DNA of 64,000 nt, taken from Collinsella aerofaciens. Its GTDB lineage: Bacteria > Actinomycetota > Coriobacteriia > Coriobacteriales > Coriobacteriaceae. The position numbers and the translations under genes were made by a program. Within the stretch, counting starts at the first letter, position 1. The number at the start of each line of letters is the position of its first letter. Below, one piece after another: positions 39,218 to 49,450 of this stretch. Under the pieces are notes generated by a model. It was not told the DNA's origin. It saw only the letters and a list, made by a program, of their open reading frames with translations, and did no database searches. The stretch covers positions 88,505 through 152,504 of the forward strand of contig JBKXPS010000002.1 in the NCBI GenBank assembly GCA_047014445.1, in the 5' to 3' direction.

Positions 39218-40135
39218 CTATTTTTGAAAAAGTTTGCAGGCATTCTCCCAAGCGGCTTGCACGATTGTTTCGGCGTCCTCACCCGTGCGATCGACACGGT
39301 CGTTAACCAGCGCGTTTGCCGTAATGGAGATCATTGCGGGCTCGCATTCAAGACCGCGGATGGGCTCTGGAGCCATATACGGGCAATCCGTCTCGAACAA
39401 AATTCGATCGAGTGGGGTTGCCGCAAATGCCTCGCGCACGTCGTCGTTGCGCTTAAAGGTGGCCGCACCACCATAGGCGATATAGCAGCCCAGCTCCACA
39501 AAGCGCTCCATCGTGGCGCGGTCCTCGCCAAAACAGTGCAGCACACAACCGGCCTGGGGCACGCCCACCTCACGAAGCACGTTGTACGCATCAACGTGCG
39601 AGGTGCGCTCCCCATCCGAGTCCTCGTGACGCAGATGCAGCTCCACCGGCACGTTACGGCACACGGCAAGCTCGAGCTGGCGCGTCATGCAGTCAATCTG
39701 CACGTTATGGGGTGCCGGCGCGATATCGTCGTCATAGTCCATGTGGTAGTCCAGGCCGATTTCGCCAATACCGGCGCATAAGGGGTCATCGAGTGCGGCA
39801 ACGACCTGCGCGTGAACGTCGTCGGTATAGTCCGGCGCACCATACGGATGCACGCCGGCAAGATACTTGATCTGCGGGATATCCTGCATCGGCAGAATTT
39901 CGCGCACGAGCCAGTCGCTATAGTCCGTCACGCTGCGTTTGTCAGCGATGGGGTCGAACATCGTCACCAACAGGTCGACGCCCGCGGCTTTGGCGCGCAC
40001 GAGCGTCTCGGGCACTTCTTTGCCCCAAAACGAAAGCAGATGCGCATGCGTGTCGGCAAGCGGCGCCAAGGGCACGGGACAAGCAACCGTCTTCTTTTTC
40101 TTGGTAAACGTCACGCGTTCGGCATTAGGCGTCAT
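39218..40135 (-). CDS. tatD: TatD family hydrolase
   Basis: DTHAHL, GVHP, IGEIGLDY, LHCF and ETDCPY motifs. Confidence 0.93.
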   Translation of the reverse strand: MTPNAERVTFTKKKKTVACPVPLAPLADTHAHLLSFWGKEVPETLVRAKAAGVDLLVTMFDPIADKRSVTDYSDWLVREILPMQDIPQIKYLAGVHPYGAPDYTDDVHAQVVAALDDPLCAGIGEIGLDYHMDYDDDIAPAPHNVQIDCMTRQLELAVCRNVPVELHLRHEDSDGERTSHVDAYNVLREVGVPQAGCVLHCFGEDRATMERFVELGCYIAYGGAATFKRNDDVREAFAATPLDRILFETDCPYMAPEPIRGLECEPAMISITANALVNDRVDRTGEDAETIVQAAWENACKLFQK

Positions 40136-40985
40136 GGATTAGCTCCCGGGCCAGACGGACAAAGTCGGCAACATCGAGCGTCTCGGCGCGCGTGGTGGGT
40201 GCGATACCGCAAACCTCAAAAGCGGCATCGAGCACGTCCTTGGCAAAACCGTTGGCGCTCATGGAATTTCGGACGGTCTTGCGCCGCTGAGCAAATGCAG
40301 CGTCGATCACACGAGCCACGAACTCGCGATCGAGCCCCTCGGGCACCACGCCGTCAACACGGTCGATACGCACGACGGCCGAGTCCACGTGCGGCGCTGG
40401 CATAAAGCAACGCGGCGGCACCTCAAAGCGACCCGTCACCTGCGCATACAGGCCGAGCTTTGCCGTATAGCCGCCATAGGTCTTGTTGCCCGGCACTGCG
40501 GCAATGCGATCGGCAACCTCCTTTTGCACCATGACCACGGCACGCTTGAGCGCGGGCATCGTCTGAAAAAACTGCAAGATGATCGTCGCCGCCACGTTAT
40601 AGGGCAAGTTCGCGACAAATACCGTCGGCTCACCGCCGGCGGCCTGCTCAATCTGCTCCGGCGTCACCTTAAGCGCGTCGCCCATGATAAAGCGGAAGTT
40701 GGCGTAGTCGGCGGCGTGAGCATCGAGCACCGGCTCGAGCTCAGGATCGGCCTCAATCGACGTAACGCACGCCGCCTCCTGCAGCAGGGCCAACGTCAGC
40801 GTGCCGCAACCCGGGCCGACCTCGAGCACGCGCTCATCGCCCGCAAGCTCAGCGAGCTCACAGATACGTTCGATCACATGGTTGTCGATCAGGAAGTTTT
40901 GACCCAGGCGATGCTTGGTCGCAAGGCCAAACTCCTCTAGCAGCTCCCTAGTTGCCGTGGGGTTTGCCAAAGGCGAAGTTGTCAT
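40125..40985 (-). CDS. rsmA: 16S rRNA adenine dimethyltransferase
   Basis: LGQNFL, VLEVGPG, NLPYN and MVQKEVADRI motifs. Confidence 0.96.
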   Translation of the reverse strand: MTTSPLANPTATRELLEEFGLATKHRLGQNFLIDNHVIERICELAELAGDERVLEVGPGCGTLTLALLQEAACVTSIEADPELEPVLDAHAADYANFRFIMGDALKVTPEQIEQAAGGEPTVFVANLPYNVAATIILQFFQTMPALKRAVVMVQKEVADRIAAVPGNKTYGGYTAKLGLYAQVTGRFEVPPRCFMPAPHVDSAVVRIDRVDGVVPEGLDREFVARVIDAAFAQRRKTVRNSMSANGFAKDVLDAAFEVCGIAPTTRAETLDVADFVRLARELIHDA

Positions 40986-41096
40986 GGTTGCCTCCTTAAC
41001 ATGGTGGCTGCATCGTAAAGTAAAAGGGCATGGACCGTTGCGGCCATGCCCTTACCGTTACACAGCAAATTGCCGATATGGCACTCGCGCGACGTC

Positions 41097-42698
41097 TTAG
41101 CCCAGGCGCGGGAACAGCGGGTCACCCTTCTCGACGGGCTGACCGCCGGCAAGCAGGCCCCAGGCGCAGATGCCCTTGAGGTCGTCGCTCGCGGCCTCGT
41201 CCTCGCAAGACAGGCGACGCAGAGCCTCGGCAGAAGTCTGGGGCATGAGCGGCATCAGCAGGTGAGCGGCGATGCGGATGGCCTCGAGCAGGTTGTAGAT
41301 CACAAATGCCAGCTCGTCGGCCTTAGCCTCGTCCTTGGCAAGCGCCCAAGGCTCGGAGTCCTCGATGTAGTGGTTAGCGGCATGGATGAGTTCCATGACC
41401 TCGTCCTTGGCTCCGCCGTAATCGAGTACGTCCATCTTGGCCATGTAGCGCTCGACCAGGCCGTCGGCGATCTTTGCTAGCGGGTTGTCGAACGCATCGA
41501 ACGATGCAGGCTTGGCGGGCGCGCAACCGTCAAAGTACTTGCCGCTCATGTTGAGCGAGCGCGAGATAAGATTGCCCCAGCTGTTGGCCAGGTCGGCGTT
41601 GTAGACCTGCTCCATGCGCTCGAAGCTGATGGCGCCGTCGGTGCCGGGGACGACGTCGGTCATGAAGTAGTAGCGATAGCCCTCGACACCCAGCATGTCG
41701 ATAACATCCTGCGGAGCGATGGCGTTACCGCGGCTCTTGGACATCTTCTCGGCCTTGCCGGTCTCGGCATTGCGCACGGTCAGGAAGCCGTGGGCAAAGA
41801 CGTGCTCGGGCAGGGCCTCGCCGATGGCCATGAGCATGGCGGGCCAAATGACGCAGTGGAAGCGAATGATGTCCTTACCCACAATATGGAACTGCGCGGG
41901 CCAGCGATAGGCCAGCTCGGCACGGGCCTCGTCGGTGTCGACACCGTAGCCGACGGCCGTCATATAGTTGAGCAGCGCATCGAACCACACGTAGGTCACG
42001 TGACCCTCGTCAAACGGGACCTGAATGCCCCAGTCAAAGCTCGTACGGCTCACGGAAAGGTCGTTGAGGCCGCCCTCGACAAAGCTGCGCACCTCGTTCA
42101 TACGGAACGCAGGCTCAACAAAGTCGGGGTGCTCGTCATAGAGCTTGAGCAGCTTGTCCTGGAAGGCGGAGAGCTTAAAGAAGTAGGACTCCTCCTGCAC
42201 GCGCTCGAGCGGACGGTGGCAGTCGGGGCACAGGTGCTGGCCGACGCTGCCGTACTCCTCGTCACCCTTCTGGACCTGCGTATCGGTAAAGTAGGTCTCG
42301 TCAGGCACGCAATACCAACCGTCGTAGCTGCCCTTATACAGGTAGCCGGACTCCTTCATGCGCTCCCACAGGTACTGCACGGCATGATGCTGGCGCGGCT
42401 CGGTGGTGCGGATGAAGTCGTCGTTGGAGATCTCGAGCTTGCTCCAAAGCTCCTTGAAGTGCGGAGCCTGGCTGTCGGTCCACTCCTGCGGCGTCATGTT
42501 GTGCTTGGCTGCGGCCTCGGCGACCTTCTCGCCGTGCTCGTCCATGCCGGTCAGGAACTTGACGTTATAGCCGGCGGAGCGGCGATAGCGAGCCTGAACG
42601 TCGGCGATGATGGTGGAATAAGCCGTGCCCAGGTGCGGATCGGCGTTGACGTAGTAGATGGGCGTCGTGATAAAGAACGAAGGCTTGCTTTGATCCAT
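41097..42698 (-). CDS. metG: Methionine-tRNA ligase
   Basis: TTPIYYVN, HLGT, YVWFDAL and KMSKS motifs. Confidence 0.97.
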   Translation of the reverse strand: MDQSKPSFFITTPIYYVNADPHLGTAYSTIIADVQARYRRSAGYNVKFLTGMDEHGEKVAEAAAKHNMTPQEWTDSQAPHFKELWSKLEISNDDFIRTTEPRQHHAVQYLWERMKESGYLYKGSYDGWYCVPDETYFTDTQVQKGDEEYGSVGQHLCPDCHRPLERVQEESYFFKLSAFQDKLLKLYDEHPDFVEPAFRMNEVRSFVEGGLNDLSVSRTSFDWGIQVPFDEGHVTYVWFDALLNYMTAVGYGVDTDEARAELAYRWPAQFHIVGKDIIRFHCVIWPAMLMAIGEALPEHVFAHGFLTVRNAETGKAEKMSKSRGNAIAPQDVIDMLGVEGYRYYFMTDVVPGTDGAISFERMEQVYNADLANSWGNLISRSLNMSGKYFDGCAPAKPASFDAFDNPLAKIADGLVERYMAKMDVLDYGGAKDEVMELIHAANHYIEDSEPWALAKDEAKADELAFVIYNLLEAIRIAAHLLMPLMPQTSAEALRRLSCEDEAASDDLKGICAWGLLAGGQPVEKGDPLFPRLG

Positions 42699-42767
42699 GG
42701 GGTTTGTCCTCCAGAAAAACGTTGCATACAGGGGATGATTCTAGCGCAAGGGCTGGATATCCTCCAT

Positions 42768-43646
42768 CTATTGCATATCGAGCACCATGGCATAGACATC
42801 GCGCTTGCGGCGCGAATACTTCTGAGACAGGCGCTTGGCCACCGCAGAGGCGGGCTCCCCCTCCTCGAGCGCGGTGCGGATATCCTCGCGCAGGGCCTCG
42901 TCGGGATCCGCTACCGCAGCGCCAACCGGCGCGATGCCGGCCTCCTCATCCTCGCTCGGCGGCGCGATGACCAGCGCAATCTCGCCCTTTACCTCGCCGC
43001 GAGCACGCAGCTCCTCGGCAAGCTGGTCAGCGGGCCCGCGCAAGACCTCCTCGTGCAGCTTGGTGAGTTCGCGGCAGACGGCAACCTCACGCTGGGGAAA
43101 GACCTCCGCCACGGCCTCGAGCGTCGCCACGATGCGATGTGGAGACTCGTAGAAGATGAGTGCGCCGGGCACCACGGCAAGGCGCTGCAAACGGCGCACA
43201 CGGTCGCCGTGCTTTCGGCCCAAAAAGCCCTCGAAGAAAAAATGCTCGCAGGGAATGCCGGACGAAACAAGCGCCGTGACGCAAGCAGAGGGCCCGGGAA
43301 TAACTTCGACGGGCAAATCGGCCTCACGCGCCGCCTCGACCAGCGCCTGGCCGGGATCGGACACGCTCGGCATGCCGGCGTCCGAGGCAAAGGCGAGGGT
43401 CTCCCCCGCCAGCAGACGGTCGACCAGGCCGGTGGCGCGGCTGGCGATCACATTCTCGTCGCAACGGACAAGCGGCTTGGAAATGCCCAGGTGCATCAGC
43501 AGCTTTGACGTCACGCGCGTGTCCTCGCAGCAGATGGCATCGGCGGCGGCAAACGCCTCGCCAACGCGCGGGGACAGGTCGCCCAGGTTGCCGATGGGCG
43601 TGCCGACCACATAGAGTTTGCCCGTATGGGCGCTGTTTTGCGTCAT
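42768..43646 (-). CDS. rsmI: 16S rRNA C1402 2'-O-methyltransferase
   Basis: LYVVGTPIGNL, EDTR, SDAGMPSVSDPG, YESPHR and RELTKLHEE motifs. Confidence 0.96.
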   Translation of the reverse strand: MTQNSAHTGKLYVVGTPIGNLGDLSPRVGEAFAAADAICCEDTRVTSKLLMHLGISKPLVRCDENVIASRATGLVDRLLAGETLAFASDAGMPSVSDPGQALVEAAREADLPVEVIPGPSACVTALVSSGIPCEHFFFEGFLGRKHGDRVRRLQRLAVVPGALIFYESPHRIVATLEAVAEVFPQREVAVCRELTKLHEEVLRGPADQLAEELRARGEVKGEIALVIAPPSEDEEAGIAPVGAAVADPDEALREDIRTALEEGEPASAVAKRLSQKYSRRKRDVYAMVLDMQ

Positions 43647-43652
43647 ATCAAC

Positions 43653-44714
43653 CTATTCAATCATGCCGCGCTCGAGCGTACCGAGCGCCGCGCGGGCGTC
43701 CCATGCTGCAATGCGCTTCTCGGTCTTCCACGTTTGGAAGAACCAACCGGCAGCCGGCGCAAACGAAGCCAGCTGGTTGGCGATAAACACGCGCTCGTAG
43801 GCATTGCGGCCCTCGGGCGTAACCGACGAGTTGGCAAAGATCGCCGCACCCGACCATTCGCCCACCAGCACGGGGAACCCTGTCGAAATCGCTTCTTTAA
43901 GCTCGCGCTTGTTACGCGAAATCGCCGTCGTCAGCCCGCGGGGGCTCGTGATGTCGAGCGCATACTCGTCGCGGTAATGGTACAGGTGAAGGTCCATGTA
44001 GACGTTCTTGTACTTGGCGCCGCGCATAAAATGCTTCCACTCGCTGGGATGCCCCGACGACGAGAAGACGACGATCTTATCCTCGGGCATATACGAACGG
44101 ACGAGCTCGTAGGCATCGCGATAGAAATTGCGCAGGTAGTGAGCAGGAATGCCATCCGTCATGGTGAAGAGGCTCTTGCGAACGCTCATCTGCGGCGTGT
44201 CCAGCAGCTCAATGCCCAGCAGGCTCTCGGCCTCGCCATAGCGATCGGCCAAGCGCTCGAGCACGTCGAGTGCGACATGACGGCCGTTGGTGGACGAATG
44301 CCACTCGGCGACAGCCTCCGGCGTGGTGGGTGAATCGTTGGAATCGCCCTGGCCACCGGGCACAGTTGCCAGATCGAGCAGCACGCGGATGTCGTACTTG
44401 GCAGCCCACTCAATCGCGCGGTCGATGTAATCGACAACCGATATGTAGGAGGCATCGGACTCCTGTGAGCCAAAGGCATACCAGGGCACCGGCAGACGCA
44501 CGGCATTGAGACCGATCTGCGCCATACGGCGAAAATCGTCCTCGCTCACAAACGTCTCGTAATGGCGGCGCATGCGCTCGTTATAGGCGGCGGTACCCAT
44601 GGCCTCCTGTAGCTCGGCCGCGTTGGATGCACCGGTCGCCGCGTACAGCGACGGGGTCACCCAAGGCTCGGGAATAAACCAGCCAGAGAGATTAACGCCG
44701 AGTATCCTCTCCAT
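43653..44714 (-). CDS. Glycoside hydrolase family 5 (exo-beta-1,3-glucanase-like), atypical active site
   Basis: GVNLSGW, GLNAVRLPVPW, DLHLY, VGEWS and GWFFQTWK motifs. Confidence 0.85.
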   Translation of the reverse strand: MERILGVNLSGWFIPEPWVTPSLYAATGASNAAELQEAMGTAAYNERMRRHYETFVSEDDFRRMAQIGLNAVRLPVPWYAFGSQESDASYISVVDYIDRAIEWAAKYDIRVLLDLATVPGGQGDSNDSPTTPEAVAEWHSSTNGRHVALDVLERLADRYGEAESLLGIELLDTPQMSVRKSLFTMTDGIPAHYLRNFYRDAYELVRSYMPEDKIVVFSSSGHPSEWKHFMRGAKYKNVYMDLHLYHYRDEYALDITSPRGLTTAISRNKRELKEAISTGFPVLVGEWSGAAIFANSSVTPEGRNAYERVFIANQLASFAPAAGWFFQTWKTEKRIAAWDARAALGTLERGMIE

Positions 44715-44954
44715 CACTGCCCCCTTCGGATCATGCAGGTCGAACCCGCATCGTATTGCATAGGATAAGTATCGTTTTGAGTATACCCGCGTGTGCGGAC
44801 AGGCGACCGAACGGTCTGTAAAGTGGCGCAAAAGCGGGAGGAATGTCTGAGCGGGCGGGCCCGAGATGTGCACGCACGTCGGAAGTAAGCGCCGGAAAGC
44901 GCATCCCACTCTGAAGCCAAATTCCGGGACGCAATTTCCGCAGAGCCCTCAATA

Positions 44955-44983
44955 AAAGAAAAGGACCCCTTTGCAGAGGTCCT
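44955..44983 (-). terminator. Terminator of tRNA-Phe
   Basis: AGGACCTC-TGCAAA-GGGGTCCT followed by TTTCTTTT. Confidence 0.7.
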
Positions 44984-44996
44984 AGTCAATTCAAGG

Positions 44997-45069
<73 letters not shown>

Positions 45070-45101
45070 ATTTGAGGTGTGCCTTGTTTCAAGGCTTGAT
45101 T

Positions 45102-45129
45102 AGTATAACCAAGGACGCGTTCCGGTCAA
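45102..45129 (-). promoter_or_regulatory. Sigma70-type promoter of tRNA-Phe
   Basis: TTGACC-N16-TATACT. Confidence 0.6.
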
Positions 45130-45192
45130 CCGAGAATTTTAAAAAAGTTTTTGAGCACAGCCTCGGTTCTATAAATCGGCACGTCAGAGGCA

Positions 45193-45480
45193 TCAGCCGG
45201 CAGCAAGAAGTTTTTCACTCAGAGCCGCACGGGCAAACTCACTTGGCGTCATCCCCTCGGCAGCCGCCCGTCGACGAATGGCCTCCTTCATTCCCAGAGG
45301 AATCTTGACCGACAGCGTTGCCGTCCCCTCACCTGAGAGCGGGGGCCGTCCATGCACGATCCCACCAACGGTGTGTTCGCCATCCGGAAACTCTCCGCGC
45401 TCGTACGACTCGCACCACGCGTCAATCATTTCATCCGTTACAACCTGACCATTAGCGGCCGTATACGTCTTGCCCATCAT
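45193..45480 (-). CDS. Ribbon-helix-helix (CopG-like) putative antitoxin
   Basis: GRPPL followed by RHH pattern LSVKIP...IRRRAAAEGMTPSEFARAAL. Confidence 0.75.
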   Translation of the reverse strand: MMGKTYTAANGQVVTDEMIDAWCESYERGEFPDGEHTVGGIVHGRPPLSGEGTATLSVKIPLGMKEAIRRRAAAEGMTPSEFARAALSEKLLAAG

Positions 45481-45743
45481 CGACCCCTTTGCCGAGCCTG
45501 TTCAATCTCCTGCCAAAATTTCTTCTGGACTGGAGACAAGGCATGAATGATAAGCCACCCACGGACAAGCTCGACCGCGACAAGCTCCACGCTTCGTCCG
45601 TCTGGGAGCCATCCAATCGCAAGCCATCTCGGCGGCTCGTCCTTCGACTCGCGACGAATGCACTCAGTAACCGCAAGCCAAGCGCTAAGCACCTGCTTTT
45701 CCGTCAGGTGCTTTTTAGCGTTGGGATGAATCTCAACATCCAT
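45477..45743 (-). CDS. Putative type II toxin (BrnT/RelE-fold-like)
   Basis: 88 aa; IHPNAKKH, LAIG..DGRSVELV and IIHA motifs; 4-nt overlap with the RHH gene. Confidence 0.65.
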   Translation of the reverse strand: MDVEIHPNAKKHLTEKQVLSAWLAVTECIRRESKDEPPRWLAIGWLPDGRSVELVAVELVRGWLIIHALSPVQKKFWQEIEQARQRGR

Positions 45744-45801
45744 GCATCTTCTCCTCCATCTTACCCAATTTCGTATGACGAAAGTCCACTGTCGCCAATT
45801 C

Positions 45802-46161
45802 TTAAGCCGGCACGCGTTGGAGAGCAGGGGTCGAAACAATGATTGAAGGACGCTCTAGTACGGCCCAGGCGCCGGGGCAGGAGCACATGCGCCAAGGGCG
45901 GACGTTTTCGTAGCGCGCGAGGATATTGCCGTCGCGATCGATGAAGGCGATGTCGATGGGATAGGCCATAAAACACGTATGGACCGAAGAGCAGCGTGGA
46001 AACGCCATGACGAGCGGCAGGCCGTTGGCGGCAACCGGACGCCGTCCCAGCATGCCGCGCAGGCGCACGACAAACGACTCCGCCACCACAAACTCGGCCG
46101 GCGTCCAACCCAGCCTATTGAGTGCCCGCGCGTAGACGATGTAGGACGAGACCGCGGTCAC
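45802..46161 (-). CDS. DUF192 domain protein
   Basis: RLRGMLGR, CSSVHTCFMAYPIDIAFID and VLE motifs. Confidence 0.85.
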   Translation of the reverse strand: MTAVSSYIVYARALNRLGWTPAEFVVAESFVVRLRGMLGRRPVAANGLPLVMAFPRCSSVHTCFMAYPIDIAFIDRDGNILARYENVRPWRMCSCPGAWAVLERPSIIVSTPALQRVPA

Positions 46162-46634
46162 ATGACCACCCCCGGACGCCATGGATCGACCGTCACCGCA
46201 CGCTCGTGCGACAACGTTGTCGGCGCCCCCAGCGGAACGCCAGCGATGCTGAGAGAAGTCGGCCACGGCTCATAGTGCATGGTGCAGGTGTAGGTCCTAA
46301 ACGTACCGGATAGGGAGAGCAGGCCACCATCCGATGCCTCCGCGCCTTGCTCGCTCGACACTTCGATCTGCAAGTCATAGCCTTCCATGGCATTCAGAAT
46401 TTGAGTCTGAACCGTCGCCGAGGCATCGGCAGAGCTTTCGTCGCCCTCCCCCTCCGACGCCACGGCGTGCGCCAACACGATGTCGGGCACCACGCGGTCG
46501 AAGCGCGCAACAGCGCTGGCAAAGATCATGACGTTGTACACGATGAGTGCCAGCACCAGCAAAACGGGCGTAACCACTGCCATCTCAACCGTCGCTTGGG
46601 CGCGCTCCTCGCGCAGACGCATGCGGATACTCAT
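46158..46634 (-). CDS. TadE-like pseudopilin
   Basis: EERAQATVEMAVVTP prepilin motif plus TM segment. Confidence 0.8.
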   Translation of the reverse strand: MSIRMRLREERAQATVEMAVVTPVLLVLALIVYNVMIFASAVARFDRVVPDIVLAHAVASEGEGDESSADASATVQTQILNAMEGYDLQIEVSSEQGAEASDGGLLSLSGTFRTYTCTMHYEPWPTSLSIAGVPLGAPTTLSHERAVTVDPWRPGVVM

Positions 46635-48694
46635 TACGACCCACCGCCCAGAGCGCCAACCAGCGTGGCGACATCGACGGTGAGCGGGATGGAGCCGCCG
46701 CCGGGCAGAGGAATCTCCGCAAGTGTGAACACCGTACCGCTAATGGTGCGTTCGACTTGATATTCCAACGCCTCGCAAAGCGCCTTGGGATCGGTCACGC
46801 CCAACGGAATACTTCGCAGTTTGTCTTGCGTTTGAGAGAGACCCGCAATGTCAGACCCCGGACTCTTAATGACGTTGGCGGAATCGGTCAGCACCGGCTT
46901 TCGCAGGCGCAAGTCGCACGGTTCCAAACCCAGCGCCGCCACGGACGCCGAAACGGTATCGCCGAGCCACGATGCAATGGAGCCCAACGCACCGCTGCCC
47001 CCTCCTAGGTCTTTAATCATCTCGTCCATAAGTTCGTCGGCCGAACCTTGGATGTCTCCGTATCCCACGAGTAGCCGTCCCCAAACATCCATGACGCCGT
47101 CGAGCACGCCGGCAACGCCGCCCGAGCGTTCCTTCAATGTCGAGAAAAATCGCGAAAGCACGTTGTTTTGCGCCGTCGCCTCATCGGGCGCCAGCACCGC
47201 GGCAGAGATAGCACCGCGATCGCCAAGCCTGACTGCCGCGTTAAACGAGGAGTTAAGTTGATCGGGGCTGGTAATGTCACCCGAAACTGCAAAGGCGACC
47301 ACGCCGTTGCGGCCAGGTGGGGCGATACGCGGGCGCTCGCCGGAAAGCGCTTTAATGGCCTGGTCAAACGCATTGCCCGCACGGTCGGCCTCATCCTCGG
47401 TCTGACGCTCAAGTTCGAGTTCTTTGTTGCGGCATTCGACGTAGTCTTCCAGAGCCTCTTTGAACTTATCGAAGTGGTACTCGAAGCCCCTTTCGACAGA
47501 AGTCGTTGCAATCGCAACGTACCCTAAAGACGACACACCGAAATGGCATTCGCTACACGTTTCGTGACCGTCAAAAACCGCGACAGACGCCAGCCCACCA
47601 GGCGTTCCCCTTTTGTAATTTGGACAGTCAGTCCCGTAATGCAGATAGGACACTTCATCTAGTTCACTTGTTGGCCAACGTACATCGGTGTAGAGTTCGG
47701 TCGTCCGCGCCTCATCTGGATTTCGCGGAAGAAAGGGGATGTAGGCGGAAACCTTGCCGTCCTCTTCAGCTATATACGCTCGTTCAACTTCTTCACTCGC
47801 ATAAGCGAAGAACGCCTTTCGCGCAGCGGAATCTGCCTGTTTTTCCGGACCTTCGCCAAGCGGCTTCTCATTTGCCAGGCGCTGGCGATAGTAGGCCTTC
47901 GCGCGATCGAGCGCCACTTGCGGCTCCCACGTAACGCTCGAAGCGTAATGTGGATTTTGAGCACCAGAGAGATCCGCTAGGCTTTTCGCACGCTCCCACA
48001 TGCAAGAACAGCTGCTGACCGAGCCCTTGTCCGACCCGCCACAATCCGCCAGCCAAGCGCGCTCTTTAGCCTTCGCCGTGTCCTCAGAAGCCTTCCGCAG
48101 CTCCTCGGCCGCACGCCCTAAATCATCTGAAGTGTCTTTAATGGTATCGGTTGAGATCTCTGACCCTTTGAGCGCAGCGAAGTCCGACTCGGATGTCCTG
48201 GGCACGGCAAGCGCCGTACCGGTATAGGTCACACTATCGGTATCCTGCGCCGACACCGCCTGCGTGGCACGCGCGGCGATCAGATACGGCAGAGCCGTCT
48301 CGATTTTCTGTAAGCCTTCCGATGCGCTTTTGGCAAACTTGTTGCGCGTTTTAATGATTTCAATCCCGGTGTCGACCATATTGCCGGCAACTGGCTCGGC
48401 ACCCGGGATGAGGATGGCGACCAGTCCCGTCCCGATCGTGGCAAACCCCGCCAGCCCCAGACTCAAGATGCTCGCATCCACCACCGTCGCAGCCGTATGG
48501 TAGGACGACACCACATTGGCGCCTGCCAGCGCGCCGCTATCGGCAGCCACCTGGGTATCCCCCGCGCGCGACATGCTCCATATCGCCGCGGTCGACGAAA
48601 ACAGCAACGTGAGCACCACTAGGATGACCACGGCAGAGGAAAGCGTGGTGTAGGCACCGTCTTCGATAAACAGGTCGATACCGGCGCGGCCCAT
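46634..48694 (-). CDS. Large TadG-like pilus accessory protein
   Basis: EDGAYT plus TM segment, QVAADSGALAGA (TadG N-terminal motif), Cys-containing middle region; start uncertain. Confidence 0.75.
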   Translation of the reverse strand: MGRAGIDLFIEDGAYTTLSSAVVILVVLTLLFSSTAAIWSMSRAGDTQVAADSGALAGANVVSSYHTAATVVDASILSLGLAGFATIGTGLVAILIPGAEPVAGNMVDTGIEIIKTRNKFAKSASEGLQKIETALPYLIAARATQAVSAQDTDSVTYTGTALAVPRTSESDFAALKGSEISTDTIKDTSDDLGRAAEELRKASEDTAKAKERAWLADCGGSDKGSVSSCSCMWERAKSLADLSGAQNPHYASSVTWEPQVALDRAKAYYRQRLANEKPLGEGPEKQADSAARKAFFAYASEEVERAYIAEEDGKVSAYIPFLPRNPDEARTTELYTDVRWPTSELDEVSYLHYGTDCPNYKRGTPGGLASVAVFDGHETCSECHFGVSSLGYVAIATTSVERGFEYHFDKFKEALEDYVECRNKELELERQTEDEADRAGNAFDQAIKALSGERPRIAPPGRNGVVAFAVSGDITSPDQLNSSFNAAVRLGDRGAISAAVLAPDEATAQNNVLSRFFSTLKERSGGVAGVLDGVMDVWGRLLVGYGDIQGSADELMDEMIKDLGGGSGALGSIASWLGDTVSASVAALGLEPCDLRLRKPVLTDSANVIKSPGSDIAGLSQTQDKLRSIPLGVTDPKALCEALEYQVERTISGTVFTLAEIPLPGGGSIPLTVDVATLVGALGGGS

Positions 48695-48758
48695 AAAGCC
48701 GCCTCGCTTGCGATGGCAGCTCGGACGGCGCGTCAAAACGCATCTAGACCAGAAACGC

Positions 48759-49256
48759 TTAATCCCATGCAGCAATCCACGAACCATAATCTCCCTCCAG
48801 CCATTCGGGACGTGATTGATACGAGACATCGACCTTGAGCTCAACGTAGCCGCCCTCGGCGGTACCACCCATAGCCTGCGCAAACGCACCGATCACAGGT
48901 AACGGCTTGACCTCGCCGGAAACGGACACGGACGAGACGCCACCCGCATCGGCCCGACCAAGCTCGATATCCCACGACAACGGCCCGCCGGCATGAAAGA
49001 TCGAAACGTTGGGCACTGCGGCAAGCCGGCGGCGGGTGAACTCCTTAAGATCGTCGTCCTCCGCCGTCGTCGTGGTCATGAGCCGCGCGGTCTCGGCAGC
49101 GGCAGACTCCATGACCGCGCGCGTATAGAGCAGGCACACCGGTTGCAGTGCGAGAAGGATGAGCATCAGAAACGTCGGCAGCAAAAAAGCGGCCTCGACC
49201 GTAGACTGCGCCCGGTCCTCGCGCGCGATATCAATACAACGCGATGTCCTTAGCAC
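48759..49256 (-). CDS. TadE-like pseudopilin
   Basis: EDRAQSTVEAAFLLP and AAAETAR motifs; start uncertain. Confidence 0.8.
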   Translation of the reverse strand: MLRTSRCIDIAREDRAQSTVEAAFLLPTFLMLILLALQPVCLLYTRAVMESAAAETARLMTTTTAEDDDLKEFTRRRLAAVPNVSIFHAGGPLSWDIELGRADAGGVSSVSVSGEVKPLPVIGAFAQAMGGTAEGGYVELKVDVSYQSRPEWLEGDYGSWIAAWD

Positions 49257-49449
49257 CCGCAGCGGCGTCGATAACCGACGTCGAGGCAACGCCATGGGAT
49301 GCCGCCCGCTCGACCAGCGCCGCCAAGCGCCCGTCGGCACCGGCACGCCAAAGCCCCGCGATCGCCAGCACGATGGAAAGCAGCGCCACCGTGACGATGG
49401 CGTATTCGACCGTCGCCTGGGCAGATTCCTCGCGCAGGACGTCATGCAT
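49231..49449 (-). CDS. Small pilin/pseudopilin
   Basis: EESAQATVEYAIV motif. Confidence 0.8.
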   Translation of the reverse strand: MHDVLREESAQATVEYAIVTVALLSIVLAIAGLWRAGADGRLAALVERAASHGVASTSVIDAAAGAKDIALY

Positions 49450-49450
49450 T

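Noticed and set aside
46634..48694. Diversity-generating retroelement target in the TadG-like gene
   Set aside because: No reverse transcriptase or TR/VR repeat pair in the window
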